Assembly: GCA_002633005.1 (NCBI GenBank) | Contig: NMRA01000066.1 | Location: forward strand, 337,144-401,143 | DNA: 64,000 bases | Source: Phoronis australis | Taxonomy: Eukaryota > Animalia > Phoronida | Direction of reading: 5' to 3' | Part shown: positions 38,701 through 47,303 of the stretch, one piece after another | How the letters are laid out: each line of letters starts with the position of its first letter | Position numbering within the stretch: the first letter of the stretch is position 1 | The notes under the pieces: generated by a model | The model's database searches: none | Told to the model about the DNA's origin: nothing | The model's input: only the letters and a program-made list of their open reading frames with translations | Made by a program: the position numbers and the translations under genes

Positions 38701-39021
38701 AAATACACGGCAATATATCTTGTAATCTCGCGAAGTATTTCTTTTTAACGAGGTCCTAGANTTCGAGGAGCTACACCGCATTTGCAAAAGCTTTCGCGAG
38801 CTCAACTGTCGTGTACGGTGTCCTTTTCAATTGCTGCATTCATTTCACTGGCGTGCTTTGAGTCTGGGACCCACTAGAAAGGCTCCCGAGTACATGTATA
38901 GCTTAGACATTTAATTACGCCCCCAATGTCGCTTTAAGCCCTACTTACCTGTCTGTGTGTATGCCAGCACAGTGAAGTGAGCGATCGACAAGACGAACCA
39001 AATTACCGCTTGGGGGCCCAT
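922..39021 (-). CDS. Adhesion GPCR (CTLD x2, Ig-like, SEA, HormR-like, GAIN/GPS, 7TM); multi-exon, 3' part beyond the left edge
   Basis: 20 phase-compatible GT-AG exons (3782 nt, ~1260 aa): 39021-38949, 37541-37374, 36454-36358, 36035-35887, 35432-35238, 34872-34630, 34273-34123, 33550-33429, 31299-31080, 29626-29466, 29195-29097, 27686-27556, 13069-12920, 12639-12545, 12025-11754, 8870-8665, 8395-8249, 7484-6757, 6247-5937, 985-922. GPS CGYWDY...CMCDHL/TNFALLL; class B2 TM3 motif LLHYLILVSFAWMLVEG. Confidence 0.9.
1635..5045 (+). mobile_element. Decayed L1/Tx1-clade non-LTR retrotransposon (ORF1 fragment; ORF2 RT and C-terminal zinc knuckle with stops and frameshifts), antisense in a GPCR intron
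   Basis: ORF1-like RRNCLVIHGVEE..DRTHRLG..PRPIIAKF. ORF2 motifs RSRAN*IESGERPTKYF, DGFTMEFLKFFW, NWRPITLLN, DFEKAFDSV (inverted piece), QYADDTT, RILPTN..CTFC..ETLEHLSFEC. AATAAA plus short A-run near 5030-5045. Boundaries approximate. Confidence 0.88.
5937..6247 (-). CDS. aGPCR exon: ICL1 and TM2-TM4
   Basis: IFNLSLALLLS..GCIAVAVLLHYLILVSFAWMLVEGVLQYLRFVKV..AYLLAWG; CAG acceptor, GTGAGT donor. Confidence 0.9.
6365..6436. mobile_element. Short non-autonomous element with CAG(T/A)GGCG...CGCC(T/A)CTG ends; related ends at ~22485, 42977-42993, 63796
   Basis: CAGTGGCGGATC(C/T)AGG-like terminus, or its reverse complement, recurs at four sites next to G/C runs. Confidence 0.45.
6757..7484 (-). CDS. 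aGPCR exon: acidic 11-aa-repeat spacer plus TM1
   Basis: Open frame ends in ALSVISIAGLSLSIVGLLCTIVTFLLSR with GTGAGT donor. A phase-0 acceptor (rare GAG) gives TNFALLL-NYY. Confidence 0.75.
6930..7295 (-). repeat. Coding 33-bp tandem repeat (~11 units, consensus NGTGVDxGQDV) with a 99-bp higher-order duplication
   Basis: Units read directly from the translation; GVDIDQNGNGTSVGNxQDVNGxGVDQGQNVNGT occurs twice. Confidence 0.9.
8249..8395 (-). CDS. aGPCR exon: GPS motif and Stachel
   Basis: DNATNVTTVCGYWDYQLGDFSQEGC..HVCMCDHLTNFALLL; CAG acceptor, GTAAGT donor. Confidence 0.92.
8665..8870 (-). CDS. aGPCR exon: GAIN subdomain B
   Basis: SFILYNNWKLFQ..SKVISAKI..NLEDPLTTSFLP; phases match both neighbours. 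Confidence 0.85.
11754..12025 (-). CDS. aGPCR exon: GAIN domain
   Basis: LTRAMEIITGRV..PNIAIGTF..TIKLPMSLV; TTTTCAG acceptor; phases match. Confidence 0.8.
12545..12639 (-). CDS. aGPCR exon: GAIN subdomain A
   Basis: VVKNVLHIFDNVMRANDSVIANSQEVDGASSR; phases match. Confidence 0.8.
12920..13069 (-). CDS. aGPCR exon: GAIN subdomain A
   Basis: VAFNVSNIKSLTKEIAEVTSNASTELNYADIIYVSRMV; CAG acceptor, GTAAGT donor. Confidence 0.8.
14881..15350 (+). pseudogene. YqaJ / lambda-exonuclease-like remnant of the ISL2EU element (second copy ~24265-24720)
   Basis: AVLHGTMHKSVAVEKCESQY*VTIRQC..GMFVYEEKLYL..LIGEDAL..LKLKKT..VQGQILGTK, with multiple stops. Confidence 0.7.
16577..16801 (-). pseudogene. THAP zinc-finger remnant of the ISL2EU transposase (second copy ~25995-26190)
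   Basis: CYFPWC..HKFPKD..W..AIK..W..VCSMHF matches the THAP C2CH pattern. Confidence 0.8.
17239..17262. repeat. (GT)n microsatellite
   Basis: Direct inspection. Confidence 0.95.
17517..18731 (+). CDS. LRAT-domain (NlpC/P60 circularly permuted, PLAAT/HRASLS-like) protein, intronless, nested antisense in a GPCR intron
   Basis: 404-aa ORF from ATG 17517; LKPGEHL..YWHHALF..VTH..ARSLLGKKDYNIFFKNCEHFVRWAKQG; C-terminal hydrophobic GxxxG-type segment GAFGGMVLGAII. Confidence 0.88.
   Translation: MQSASTKNREYGKSTSLASELSYASAESETHGTLQPHEFDESPQTSNLGDTSEINWEVTDSGFRTNFDMDDCLYSHELPDLYYSSYEKETRTKYLKCEGRHKGCGFMWTIDDVDQFKDNITSTPITEDCWHRLKPGEHLKFYNHAGDYWHHALFESYDSETREVTVTHLSNEEKEAIQSLGRASSSKASPYKASVRTERKQVSPKVTVYREIYAKNDCFDPQLCLENARSLLGKKDYNIFFKNCEHFVRWAKQGRPRSSQVNDFVIQKRNRTFAMVGHNLARAICKRLKFAPDMFLPTTFIRDLAKILPVLTSVGIEITMIVVEVRKQYKRYEAGEIIFDELRTFTIKRITESSAQCLTSIIETTTANTKEAIVRGILKSLIGAFGGMVLGAIISATVYYLILQ
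18951..19009. repeat. (ATT)n microsatellite
   Basis: Direct inspection. Confidence 0.95.
20630..20715. repeat. Two adjacent inverted repeats (19-bp and 16-bp stems)
   Basis: CACTTGTGACAAGCAGCTT-TT-AAGCTTCTTGTCACAAGTG; ACGAATAGATACGAGC-10nt-GCTCGTATCTATTCGT. Confidence 0.9.
21200..21720. repeat. Diverged direct duplication (~360-bp period)
   Basis: AACTAAGTTCAGTGAA..TTTTCGTAGATACATAGACGTGTAATCAGAAG recurs as AACTAAATTCACTGAA..TTTTCGTAGATACATAAACATGTAAATCAGAAA. Confidence 0.55.
23479..26300. mobile_element. Decayed ISL2EU-type DNA transposon, copy 2 (same orientation as copy 1, ~890-bp internal deletion)
   Basis: TIRs GGGGCTATTCGGAAAATT / AATTCTCCGAATAGTCCC; AT on both flanks; collinear with 13199-16906. 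Confidence 0.8.
27556..27686 (-). CDS. aGPCR exon: HormR-like domain, C-terminal half
   Basis: GQPLGELTCVGNFTIGLSWVSPRVIPCN..LRNLSK; phases match. Confidence 0.8.
28347..29017. mobile_element. Foldback / MITE-like element with long (~190 bp) imperfect terminal inverted repeats
   Basis: TCCGTTCGTATCC..ACATTCAAC..TACTTGTTTCATTCTCAA is mirrored by TTGAGAATGAAACAAGTA..GTTGAATGT..GGATACGAACGGA. Confidence 0.7.
29097..29195 (-). CDS. aGPCR exon: HormR-like domain, N-terminal half
   Basis: EYCYPTRITDGDVMITFPMSSPGTIPSEQICGT; phases match. Confidence 0.75.
29466..29626 (-). CDS. aGPCR exon: SEA-like domain, C-terminal half
   Basis: TSGLGVDFRL..LENLLDVLQ..HIDLQSIIL; phase 2 to 1 bridges its neighbours. 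Confidence 0.75.
29932..30010. repeat. 12-bp tandem repeat (GGTGTTGGCGAT)n within a low-complexity stretch
   Basis: Direct inspection. Confidence 0.85.
31080..31299 (-). CDS. aGPCR exon: SEA-like domain, N-terminal half
   Basis: SFVGSLKMPNSTF..VETTLRLHLDNAV..IVVVSF; TTTTTCAG acceptor, GTGAGT donor. Confidence 0.75.
32696..32730. repeat. C-run plus (TC)n microsatellite next to an N base
   Basis: Direct inspection. Confidence 0.9.
33429..33550 (-). CDS. aGPCR exon: Ig-like domain, C-terminal part
   Basis: DDFGVFICEAWN fits the Ig F-strand D-x-G-x-Y/F-x-C-x-A-x-N pattern. Confidence 0.75.
34123..34273 (-). CDS. aGPCR exon: Ig-like domain, N-terminal part
   Basis: PVSIIEQPSDEVLY; phases match; GTAAGT donor. 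Confidence 0.7.
34630..34872 (-). CDS. aGPCR exon: C-type lectin domain 2, C-terminal half
   Basis: YIGLSFDGNFKWSDG..CYVM..PCTELHPFICEK. Confidence 0.85.
35238..35432 (-). CDS. aGPCR exon: C-type lectin domain 2, N-terminal half
   Basis: CGSGW..ICYK..YADAEQRCQNESGHLA. Confidence 0.85.
35887..36035 (-). CDS. aGPCR exon: C-type lectin domain 1, C-terminal part
   Basis: DCVSL..PCDEMLPVVCE. Confidence 0.82.
36358..36454 (-). CDS. aGPCR exon: C-type lectin domain 1, middle part
   Basis: YWTGG..FYWDG..W. Confidence 0.82.
37374..37541 (-). CDS. aGPCR exon: C-type lectin domain 1, N-terminal part
   Basis: CLPGW..VCYKKV..SWRRGKEICGEQLG. Confidence 0.85.
38949..39021 (-). CDS. aGPCR first coding exon: signal peptide MGPQAVIWFVLSIAHFTVLAYTQT
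   Basis: ATG lies 2 nt after a TTTTAG acceptor; hydrophobic core; CAG/GTAAGT donor in phase 1. Confidence 0.75.
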
Positions 39022-42000
39022 GCCTAAAACATAAGAGTATTTTGAGGTGCTTGCTTAACATGCTGGGAATGTTTAACTCTCCAGTGAACATTTGCAATCA
39101 GAATGCTTTCCGACTGCGTCTGGAAACAATGTATTAAACTTAGGCACAAAACTAAGTTAAATCAGCCACAAAATTTTGTTTCGTCGATTCACGCTTAAAG
39201 AGACTGCAGGCGCTCCGCAATTTCCCGCCGGCTGTCCCCTACAAATCCGGCTCTGTTCAAGAAGTGTATTTCAAATTGGTCGGGAAAAACAAAGAACACA
39301 TTCATGTGAAGAGCATTTGTATCAAGAAATGTGACCTAAACAACCAAACATGTATCGTTTCAACCATCTGAGGATTGAAGATGACTTCGCAAATTACCCA
39401 AAGGCAATATTACCGATGGTTTTACAGTGTATAGCGATAAAAATGTCAGTACTCGTAACAAAGGATTCTACTACGATCAGGTTTTCTTTTGAAGAGCGTC
39501 ATTGTTTTTTTTTTTTGTTTTTAATGTTTTGTTTTTCGACTTTGTTTTTTACTATTGTTAAATACGCAAATATGTAATACAGAAAAAAATATCTCGGCGA
39601 CAATACGCGTTTGTGGTTTGTGTAATGAGACCGGACGATTCTTATCTTACACTCCGTTTTGCAAAAAATCCACTATTTCCCATCTTATTTAACCTTTTAC
39701 GGCTTACCAGGAAGTGTGGAAGTGTAACACAACTAATTAATTGTACAGGGATGTATATTTTTCACACCAACCTTCCAACCTTGTTTTTCTTTTCCTTCTG
39801 TTTAGTCAAAGGCTTTAATAGAAAGGATGTCGGAAATTGTCTCAAGTATAGAGAAAGTGTGAGAACTATTTTGGATGTTTTCGCTGTCATATTTGGATAT
39901 AGTGAGCGCAGGTACAAGTCACTGAATGTTTCATTACTCTAGCTAAAAGACATATTTTAGTCCGCCAAATGCAGGAACAATGACCATTTATCGCAGCTTT
40001 CATAATGAATTACGTAATTTATTATTTGGAAAAGATAACTATGTTTTCATGAAAAAATGTAAACGCATAATATTTTAAAAAACGAATGGCATATTTGTGA
40101 TAATAATATCTGGCGTTACAACGAGGTAATGTATGTAGTGTGCGGGGTTGTGTTGTGAACGCACCACGTCAGTTCGATTATAAACGTAACAGGAAAACCA
40201 TTGTTGGGAATTTTGGGTGGCGGTGTACAGAGTATTTGCCTAACGACTTGAGGGGCTCCTAGCACATGTACTGTCAATCGTAAACAAAGATTTCTGCTAT
40301 TTTGAAGTGCAAGTTTAAATCATAAACTGTAACAGATAAATCAGAATTCACGTTATCACGAACATATTTGAAAATATTTTGGGAGGGAGCCCGACCCACC
40401 CCCACCCCATTGGATGCACTGTTTCTCATGCTCGCCCGGTTGACTATCAAGAACGCGTATTTGCGAACATGCCTTTGGAAATCGCCCAAAGAGTCCATAG
40501 GGGCCTACTGTTAACTATGTATTTTGAAAACATTTCGCAGAAGTTTTCTATGCCACATTTATTTCCCTTAAAAAATAATTTTGACTTCTTAAAACAGAAT
40601 TTCATCAAGAACACCCCACAAAAGTTCATATTCATACCCTAAACGCAAAACTTCGTCGAAGCACGGGTACCTAGATTTCTGAGGTCGCACGCCTTTGATG
40701 GATGGGGAAAAATTGGCGATGCTTAGGACAGGAGGAAAACGGGTGACGATAGGGGGAATCTGAAGTTTGGATCCTTGTAAGGGGGCAAACTTCTGGGGGA
40801 ATTGCGCACCCAACCCCCTAAAACATACCTTCGTACGGACCTGCACTCAAGCAAAAACGCTGACGCTTATCTTTCCATATTAAAAGAACTATGAATGGAT
40901 AAATGATTCACAAAACATCCAACCTAAGAACAGGTATATACATGTACAAGGTACCGGACACATGTGTCTACGTATATGAGTGAACCTCAGACGTATGTGC
41001 CTCTGTGCGAAAACATTTAAGTGAGCCAAATTATAAAAAACACAATTTTTCATGGGTTGAATACATGACTTTTTAGTTAATTCGAAATCATTCTTGCAAA
41101 ATACAACTTCTCCGCTGCATGCAGAGGCGATTAAACTGTCGCTTTTAAGTTGTAATTAATTTGTTTGCTTTTGGTTCTGACAGACAGTGCAGGGTCGTCA
41201 TTATCAAAGCTTGGGTCGCGCTATGGTTTCAGCGCTTGCAGCAATTATTCAAACGCTCAAGATTAGCAAGTTTGAAATTACATACATGTATGCCCGTTTG
41301 ATATTAGAGTACTTTTGTCATTTTCTTGTTTGACGGACACACCCTCTTAAAAACTATAGGGTTCAAAACTTAGGCCACCCTCATTTCTTATTAATAGATA
41401 TCACATTTTGTGTACTTTGCTATGATCGACGAAACTTATAGAAAAGTCCAGCTGTTTTGCATTTTAAATGAAGGAACAAAAGATATCAGCTCTCCAACAT
41501 ATCACTCAAAAAAAGAAACGGTTGAGAAGGTTTTTACAGACCTTTGGTACTTAGCGCATTCATCTCTTAAGAAAACTCTCGGAAACATGTAAATATTTTA
41601 AGAATAAACACTTGTATGAAGCACGTTTGTATGTGTAGTACAATATTTTCCTTGTCTAAATCTGCACGAGCATAGGTTTATAGAAAAACTGTGTCAATCG
41701 AAATTTAGCAAGGAAGTTATTAATTGCATCGGTCATATTGTTTGTATGTATTTAAACAGCTTTTGTATAGGTTCAAGACCTAATTAATAACCTCTGTTAA
41801 ATTAAACCCGACTGGCTAGGTCCATTCAGTACGTTTACAATTATATTTGCCTGCCCTTTCAAAGCTTGAACCTCAAGTCGAATCGTCGTATAGGTTGAAT
41901 CAACAAACACCGATCAGAATCAAACAATTTAAATAAATATAGACACATACGTCATGCTTTCACAATACGGCTAGCTACACGTATATGCCACTTCTAATGT

Positions 42001-42707
42001 AACCCATGTTGTTCATGCGCGGGGGCTCCGAAGTGGCCAAAAAAGTCCGCCTCAGAGAAACAAAAACTCCGAAAAAAGAAGAAAAACGAGACAAAAGTCC
42101 AGTAAAAAGGCATGAGCTCAGTATCAAAATTCGGCGAATGCACAATTCATAGCTGTGAACGTACCCCATGAATCTTGGTAAAAGGTCCACATTCTCAAAA
42201 ATTCAAGACCCCATTTTTTGGATGTTTGCACGCATGTTGTTGTTTGGCGTTTAATGAAAAATTAGTTCGCCTTGCAGCAAACAAGAACCTCAACTAAATC
42301 ACAACAAAACAAAAACAAAGCAACTCGAACTCACTAAGCAACCGACTGGAAACGTTTAATGGTCCCAATTTCGAAAATGGAATCTGAGTGATGATGAAAA
42401 AACAAAAGCTGCTGATAAGATGTCAATTTTAATCGAAGCCTTAGTGAATCACTCAGAAACTCATAATTCTCTCTTTGTCAAACCTTAACTCAATACAATT
42501 TCCAAAGTAATCGCGTCATTATTGCCAACACAAAAAAGGATTTGGTCTTTTGGGCAATTGAAGACTATTTTTAATACAACAAATTTGTTACGAACTGATT
42601 GCACAAAATATAAAACATGTAATAAGCATTACAAAAAGGAGGTTTCGTGCGCAAACGCTGCGAACTATAAACAAGTAGGTCTCTTAGTATCAAGTTAGGC
42701 GTTAAAT

Positions 42708-42785
42708 CGTGGTGGCGTAGTGGTAAGGCACGTGCGCTTTGTCCGCCAGGTCGTGAGTACGAAACTGTGGTATATGCAGTTTTTC
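42708..42785 (+). mobile_element. tRNA-derived SINE-like head (degenerate Pol III A and B boxes)
   Basis: TGGCGTAGTGG A-box and GAGTACGAAAC B-box-like motif at tRNA spacing; does not fold into a clean cloverleaf. Confidence 0.35.
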
Positions 42786-43468
42786 CTGTTTGACACTTTT
42801 TCGGTGTTTTTTTTTTTCTTGGATAATACTTCAGGAATCAAGAAGAATGCTTGATTTTAGAGGAAAAAACAGAAAATTTTCCTAGGCGGTGCTATTCGTA
42901 CATGTATCTACAATCGTGCTTTGAGCAAATGTTTACAGACAAAATGTTGCCTCCCCCTCGGCCCCTAATTGTGATATCCTAGATCCGCCACTGCTTTCCA
43001 CAACTGTTGTTGTTCCAAATAACATTGAGAGCATTTACAAAATCTAAAAAACGACTGACTAAACCTTTCAATGATCTCTTTGCTCTCTGTAGATTATCTA
43101 ATAGCATATTGAAACAGATGTCACCATCATCATTTTTATGACCAGTTTGCGTTTCAGGCGCTTTCCGAATTGTGGGCTTAGACGTGCCGTGCAGAAAGAA
43201 AGACGTGCAACTTCACGTAATTCAGGATGATATGCTGTGTTTCTTGACGGAATAGAAAAGATTTATTTGGATTAGTCTTGAAGTTATAATTGGACACCAA
43301 AACCAAATTATTCCCAGGCGGCCACATTTTTGGTTAGATTTCTAAGTTTCGTCTCCTCGTTTATGAGTCAGCATGTATTAAAAAACTTGCAGTTAACATT
43401 TCTGCCTTTTAGCCTCTGACCAAAAATGCAAAAAAATCCACACAATTCTAAAAAAATCATTTACTTAC

Positions 43469-45420
43469 CTTGACAGACGCCGTAACAGTTAGAGGGACAA
43501 AAATTACGCGCAACGTTTAAGTGAAATTGTCACAAGACGGCGGATTGTGCATGTATGGTTAAAGAACGGGTGAATCGAAGCTTTTTATTTCCTTCATTCT
43601 TTGTAAGCAACAATTTCCTCATTCGGTGAACAAACGTTAAAGACCTCAGGATTAATAATACAGGTACACTTGTACAGGTGTGTAAAATGACCTATTGAAT
43701 CGGCATTGTAATTACAAGGGTCTGACGTAGGCGGTATGTCTGCCATTAAATGCTGGAATTCCCTGTTCATCGCCCTTAGTAATAGCTGTCGTTGGGTTTA
43801 CTGCGTTTCCGCAACGCACCACAGATGACCTTGAGTGCTGCTGGAGAGATCACGTGCAAGTTGCGATATTCGCAGACATTAGTGATTTCTCCACACCCAG
43901 CTTGCTTACAGTACCTGCGCTCTGCTACAAGCGGTGCATTTTCCTTAGCGGCCGTATAAAAAGACCAAAAAGATTTGAATGCTAGTAAGGGAGTTGATGC
44001 CATGGAAATTCGCCATTACAACATATCTATATTATGTACGTGCCAAGTTTTTAAAAACATCGGGCTGCGTTGTAGCCCAAACCCACAGTCCCGGCGGACA
44101 GCGCTTTCACCGGTACTAGATGCAATGCAACTTTGCATGAAATTAATATGGTCCATAGAAATACTTAATAGAGGCGACTGTACAAAATTCTTACCCACAC
44201 GATTGATCAGCAGATGCATGTAAATACATGATCGCAATACGTTGTACCAGACGTCCATAAGGGACTCGGGCTGAGGTGGAACCGATTGCGGTGAACACTC
44301 GCTGGAACCAATTGAATTACTGACACCAGTTAAAATTTCATGAAGTCATGGATGAACGAGACGATTTGTGGCCTGCTGTTAATGTTACCATGTCAAATAT
44401 GTAAGATTTGTTTTTAAAGCACGAGTGTTTCAATGTGTTCTTCAGTTGTGTAAAAATGTCAGCACAACACTGCAAGCCAATTAATTCTCAGTGTCACCGG
44501 GACCGCAATGATAGCTTGAAGGCTTGGGAGAATTCTAGCACAGACACTGTACGATGTTTCCTGACAGTGTATCAGAGGTAAGTGCATGAGGACACGTATA
44601 TTGTCAGCCAACTAGGGATTTCATAACTTTGTTTCATGAAGACAAAGACAGAATGATTACTGCAGCCGGTCCAGATCCGTGGAGTCCGCAATGGCGACAC
44701 TTTTCTTCGCGGATTCGCCCGGTGCAGCCGGGAGCCGGCGGCGCCCGTGGACATGCCGTGGTAAACTCAGTGATGTCGCAGAATGTGTTATTGTGTTTTT
44801 GCTTCATTTAGTTTAGTCATCGTATTACAACATCACTTACTGTTGTTGCATGTTTACTCAGTACCACTTTGGCTCCGCATGCAGAAGATATGAGTAATAC
44901 TTCCTATTCCTAGAACTGTTTCTCAGCATATAGTGCATCCTTTATTTGTTCGTCTCATTTTTTTTGTTTTGATTGGTTAATTCGAGTTTTAGTCTGGTCT
45001 CTATATATATATCATTTTCACTTAGGACTATCATTGACTCCCAGGTAGCCAGGTTCACCCACTGCATGGCATTTCACCAACTGAACGCCCGCAGCACCTA
45101 TTCGAACTAACGTGGACCTTCGTCATCTCTTGCGCCTTCTATTCGAAGTTGGCGCCGATGTTTTAGTCCCCTCTCTCGTCCTGGTTGTCCACGTGATTTT
45201 CATTCCCCGGGAATGCTCACTTGCGAGCCGTCCCCGTTCTTTGGTCGGTGAAGGCGCTGTAGGCCTACCGCCGCACTGCTCACTGATACAAGAAACCAAC
45301 AAAAGACCAGCAATATGAAAACCGTGTCAAAAGGTCAATAATTATTGGCATTGAGTGAGCGCCAGCGGAGGCGGTCTGTGAGGGAGTCGACGATTTGCCT
45401 GGTACGTTTGCTGACTTTCT
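43469..45420. promoter_or_regulatory. Putative divergent promoter region between the GPCR and PNPLA4, with candidate 5' UTR exons
   Basis: Both ATG exons are preceded by splice acceptors. Candidate donors at 43468 (-, GTAAGT) and 45402 (+, GTACGT). CpG-rich stretch at 45080-45420. Confidence 0.35.
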
Positions 45421-47114
45421 AGCTTTTAATGGTTTGCAGGTGGACATTCTGTAACGACAAGATACCAGTTTGAGCTTCCAGTAATTGTTAAATTAAGACA
45501 TTGGTCAACGTATGTTCAGCGTTGTACGGGACGTAGGCCTACATGCAGGCCTACTGCGAGACGTTAGCGTTTAGTGGTTTAGTCTCTCACTCTCACTCTC
45601 GGTGTGACATTGTATGCTTGTCTTTGCCGAGTGCTACCGGAGCAGCAGGTTTTTAAAGTGCATTGTCAGTTCATTTAGACACTCTAAAAAGCCACCATAT
45701 GAAATGATATCTGTAATCCAGTTGCAGGCGGGTTACGTAGCCTGCTTAGCCCTCATGCCCGTATCAGTTAATGAGCAGAACTTCACCAGTCCTCAGTCAC
45801 TGGGGACCTCAGTGACTGAATTGAACAAACCTGTATACCTAGGACTACTAGGTACATAGCTGACAGCGCTGTTAACAACAAGTCACGGGTAGCTGGCTAG
45901 CCACTTTGAAATGTACTCATGTATTGGGGTTTGGCCGGGTTTATAGTTCTTAGTTCTCTTGAAAAGTTGATGACTTCAGCCTACAATCACTAACGTTCTG
46001 TACACTTTAATGCTGAATAAAAATCCAATTTAGTTTAAACCAGATAAGGAAATGGATTTTGAGTCCATGGGCTGAATTTCAAAATTGGCTGTGTAATGGT
46101 GTTTTTTTCAACAAAAACCCTAAACAGCACCATCTGAGGCGGCACAGTTCAGACGGACACGTAGCAAGAGTTGCCCTATGGCCGCTGCCAAGCTGTTCAG
46201 CAAATTCTCCCTCGCGTTGGTTAAACCATATCAAAGTTATTTGTCACTATAAGTACCTTCTGGACATAGGGACGCCTTAATAGGCTGTTGATGTCTTTAA
46301 CGTTGCCCAACTATAGAGCAAATATTACCATATGAAATTATCATGATTGAACTGATTTGACCAACTATATGTTGCTGCACGTTGTTGCTTACGAAGCAAA
46401 CAGTATATATTGCAAATGAAACCCCAGTTAACAGGTCGTCTGGATAGCCTAGTGACTAGGGTAATAACATTCAATCATTTAGGCGGGGTAACAACACAAA
46501 ATCTGGTTGAACGATAGCCTTCATTGAGCTGAGACGCGTGTCTAATTTTATCAGAACTACAGCTAATCTACATAAGAGACTACATGCCTTATATGTTTCA
46601 GGTATTTCTGCCATTTACTTTATTCGCATAATGTCATTCCCTGAGTGTAACTTTGCCATTGTCAGGTCTTTGGGACCCATTTAGTGAAATTAATGAATTA
46701 AGGTTATTCACTGCCAACTTAACTAACATTTGTCACTGGCCTCATTATACAAATTTAAGCTCTATACCACCAAACTTGTATTAAAGCATAACAACAAAAA
46801 CTTTTCATGCAAGTACCTTAATTTTTTACTCGCAGGTAGACTATCATTAATGCATTGTTGTTTTCTCTTTTTCTGACTTCCTTGCCCTCAGGCACAATAA
46901 TGTTACATCAAACTCTGGCAAAAGTTTGACAAAAGCGCTATTTTAATAAAATTTATGGCAAAAGAAATTTTACTAAATATCCAAATAATTATGACAAGTC
47001 ATTTATGCATGCTTGGCAGAATTCAAAGTCTGTTGAGTTCATTTTGATAAGTACTATACATAACAGCTTTTAAAATTTCCTTTCTTGTAGCTCGCTGTTG
47101 TATGAAATGTACTA

Positions 47115-47303
47115 ATGCAAGCCACTCAAGCAGTGAACCTGTCCTTTGCTGGCTGTGGGTTCCTGGCTGTCTATCATCTCGGTGCAGTAACCAGTCTGTC
47201 CAAATGTGCTCCGAAGTTGTACTCAAAGATCAGAAGGTGCGCTGGAGCCTCTGGAGGAGCCCTAGCCGCTGCCGTTGTAACGCTCGATCCTAACATGGTG
47301 CAG
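47115..47303 (+). CDS. PNPLA4: PNPLA4-like exon 1 (Gly-rich loop, GxSxG)
   Basis: In-frame upstream TGA at 47103; CAG/GTGGGT donor. Confidence 0.85.

Noticed and set aside
42708-42785. Functional tRNA gene
   Set aside because: Degenerate B box and no proper acceptor or anticodon stems; kept only as SINE-like
39300-46900. Numerous 60-110-aa ORFs between the GPCR and PNPLA4
   Set aside because: No domain signatures, consistent with chance ORFs in intergenic or repeat DNA
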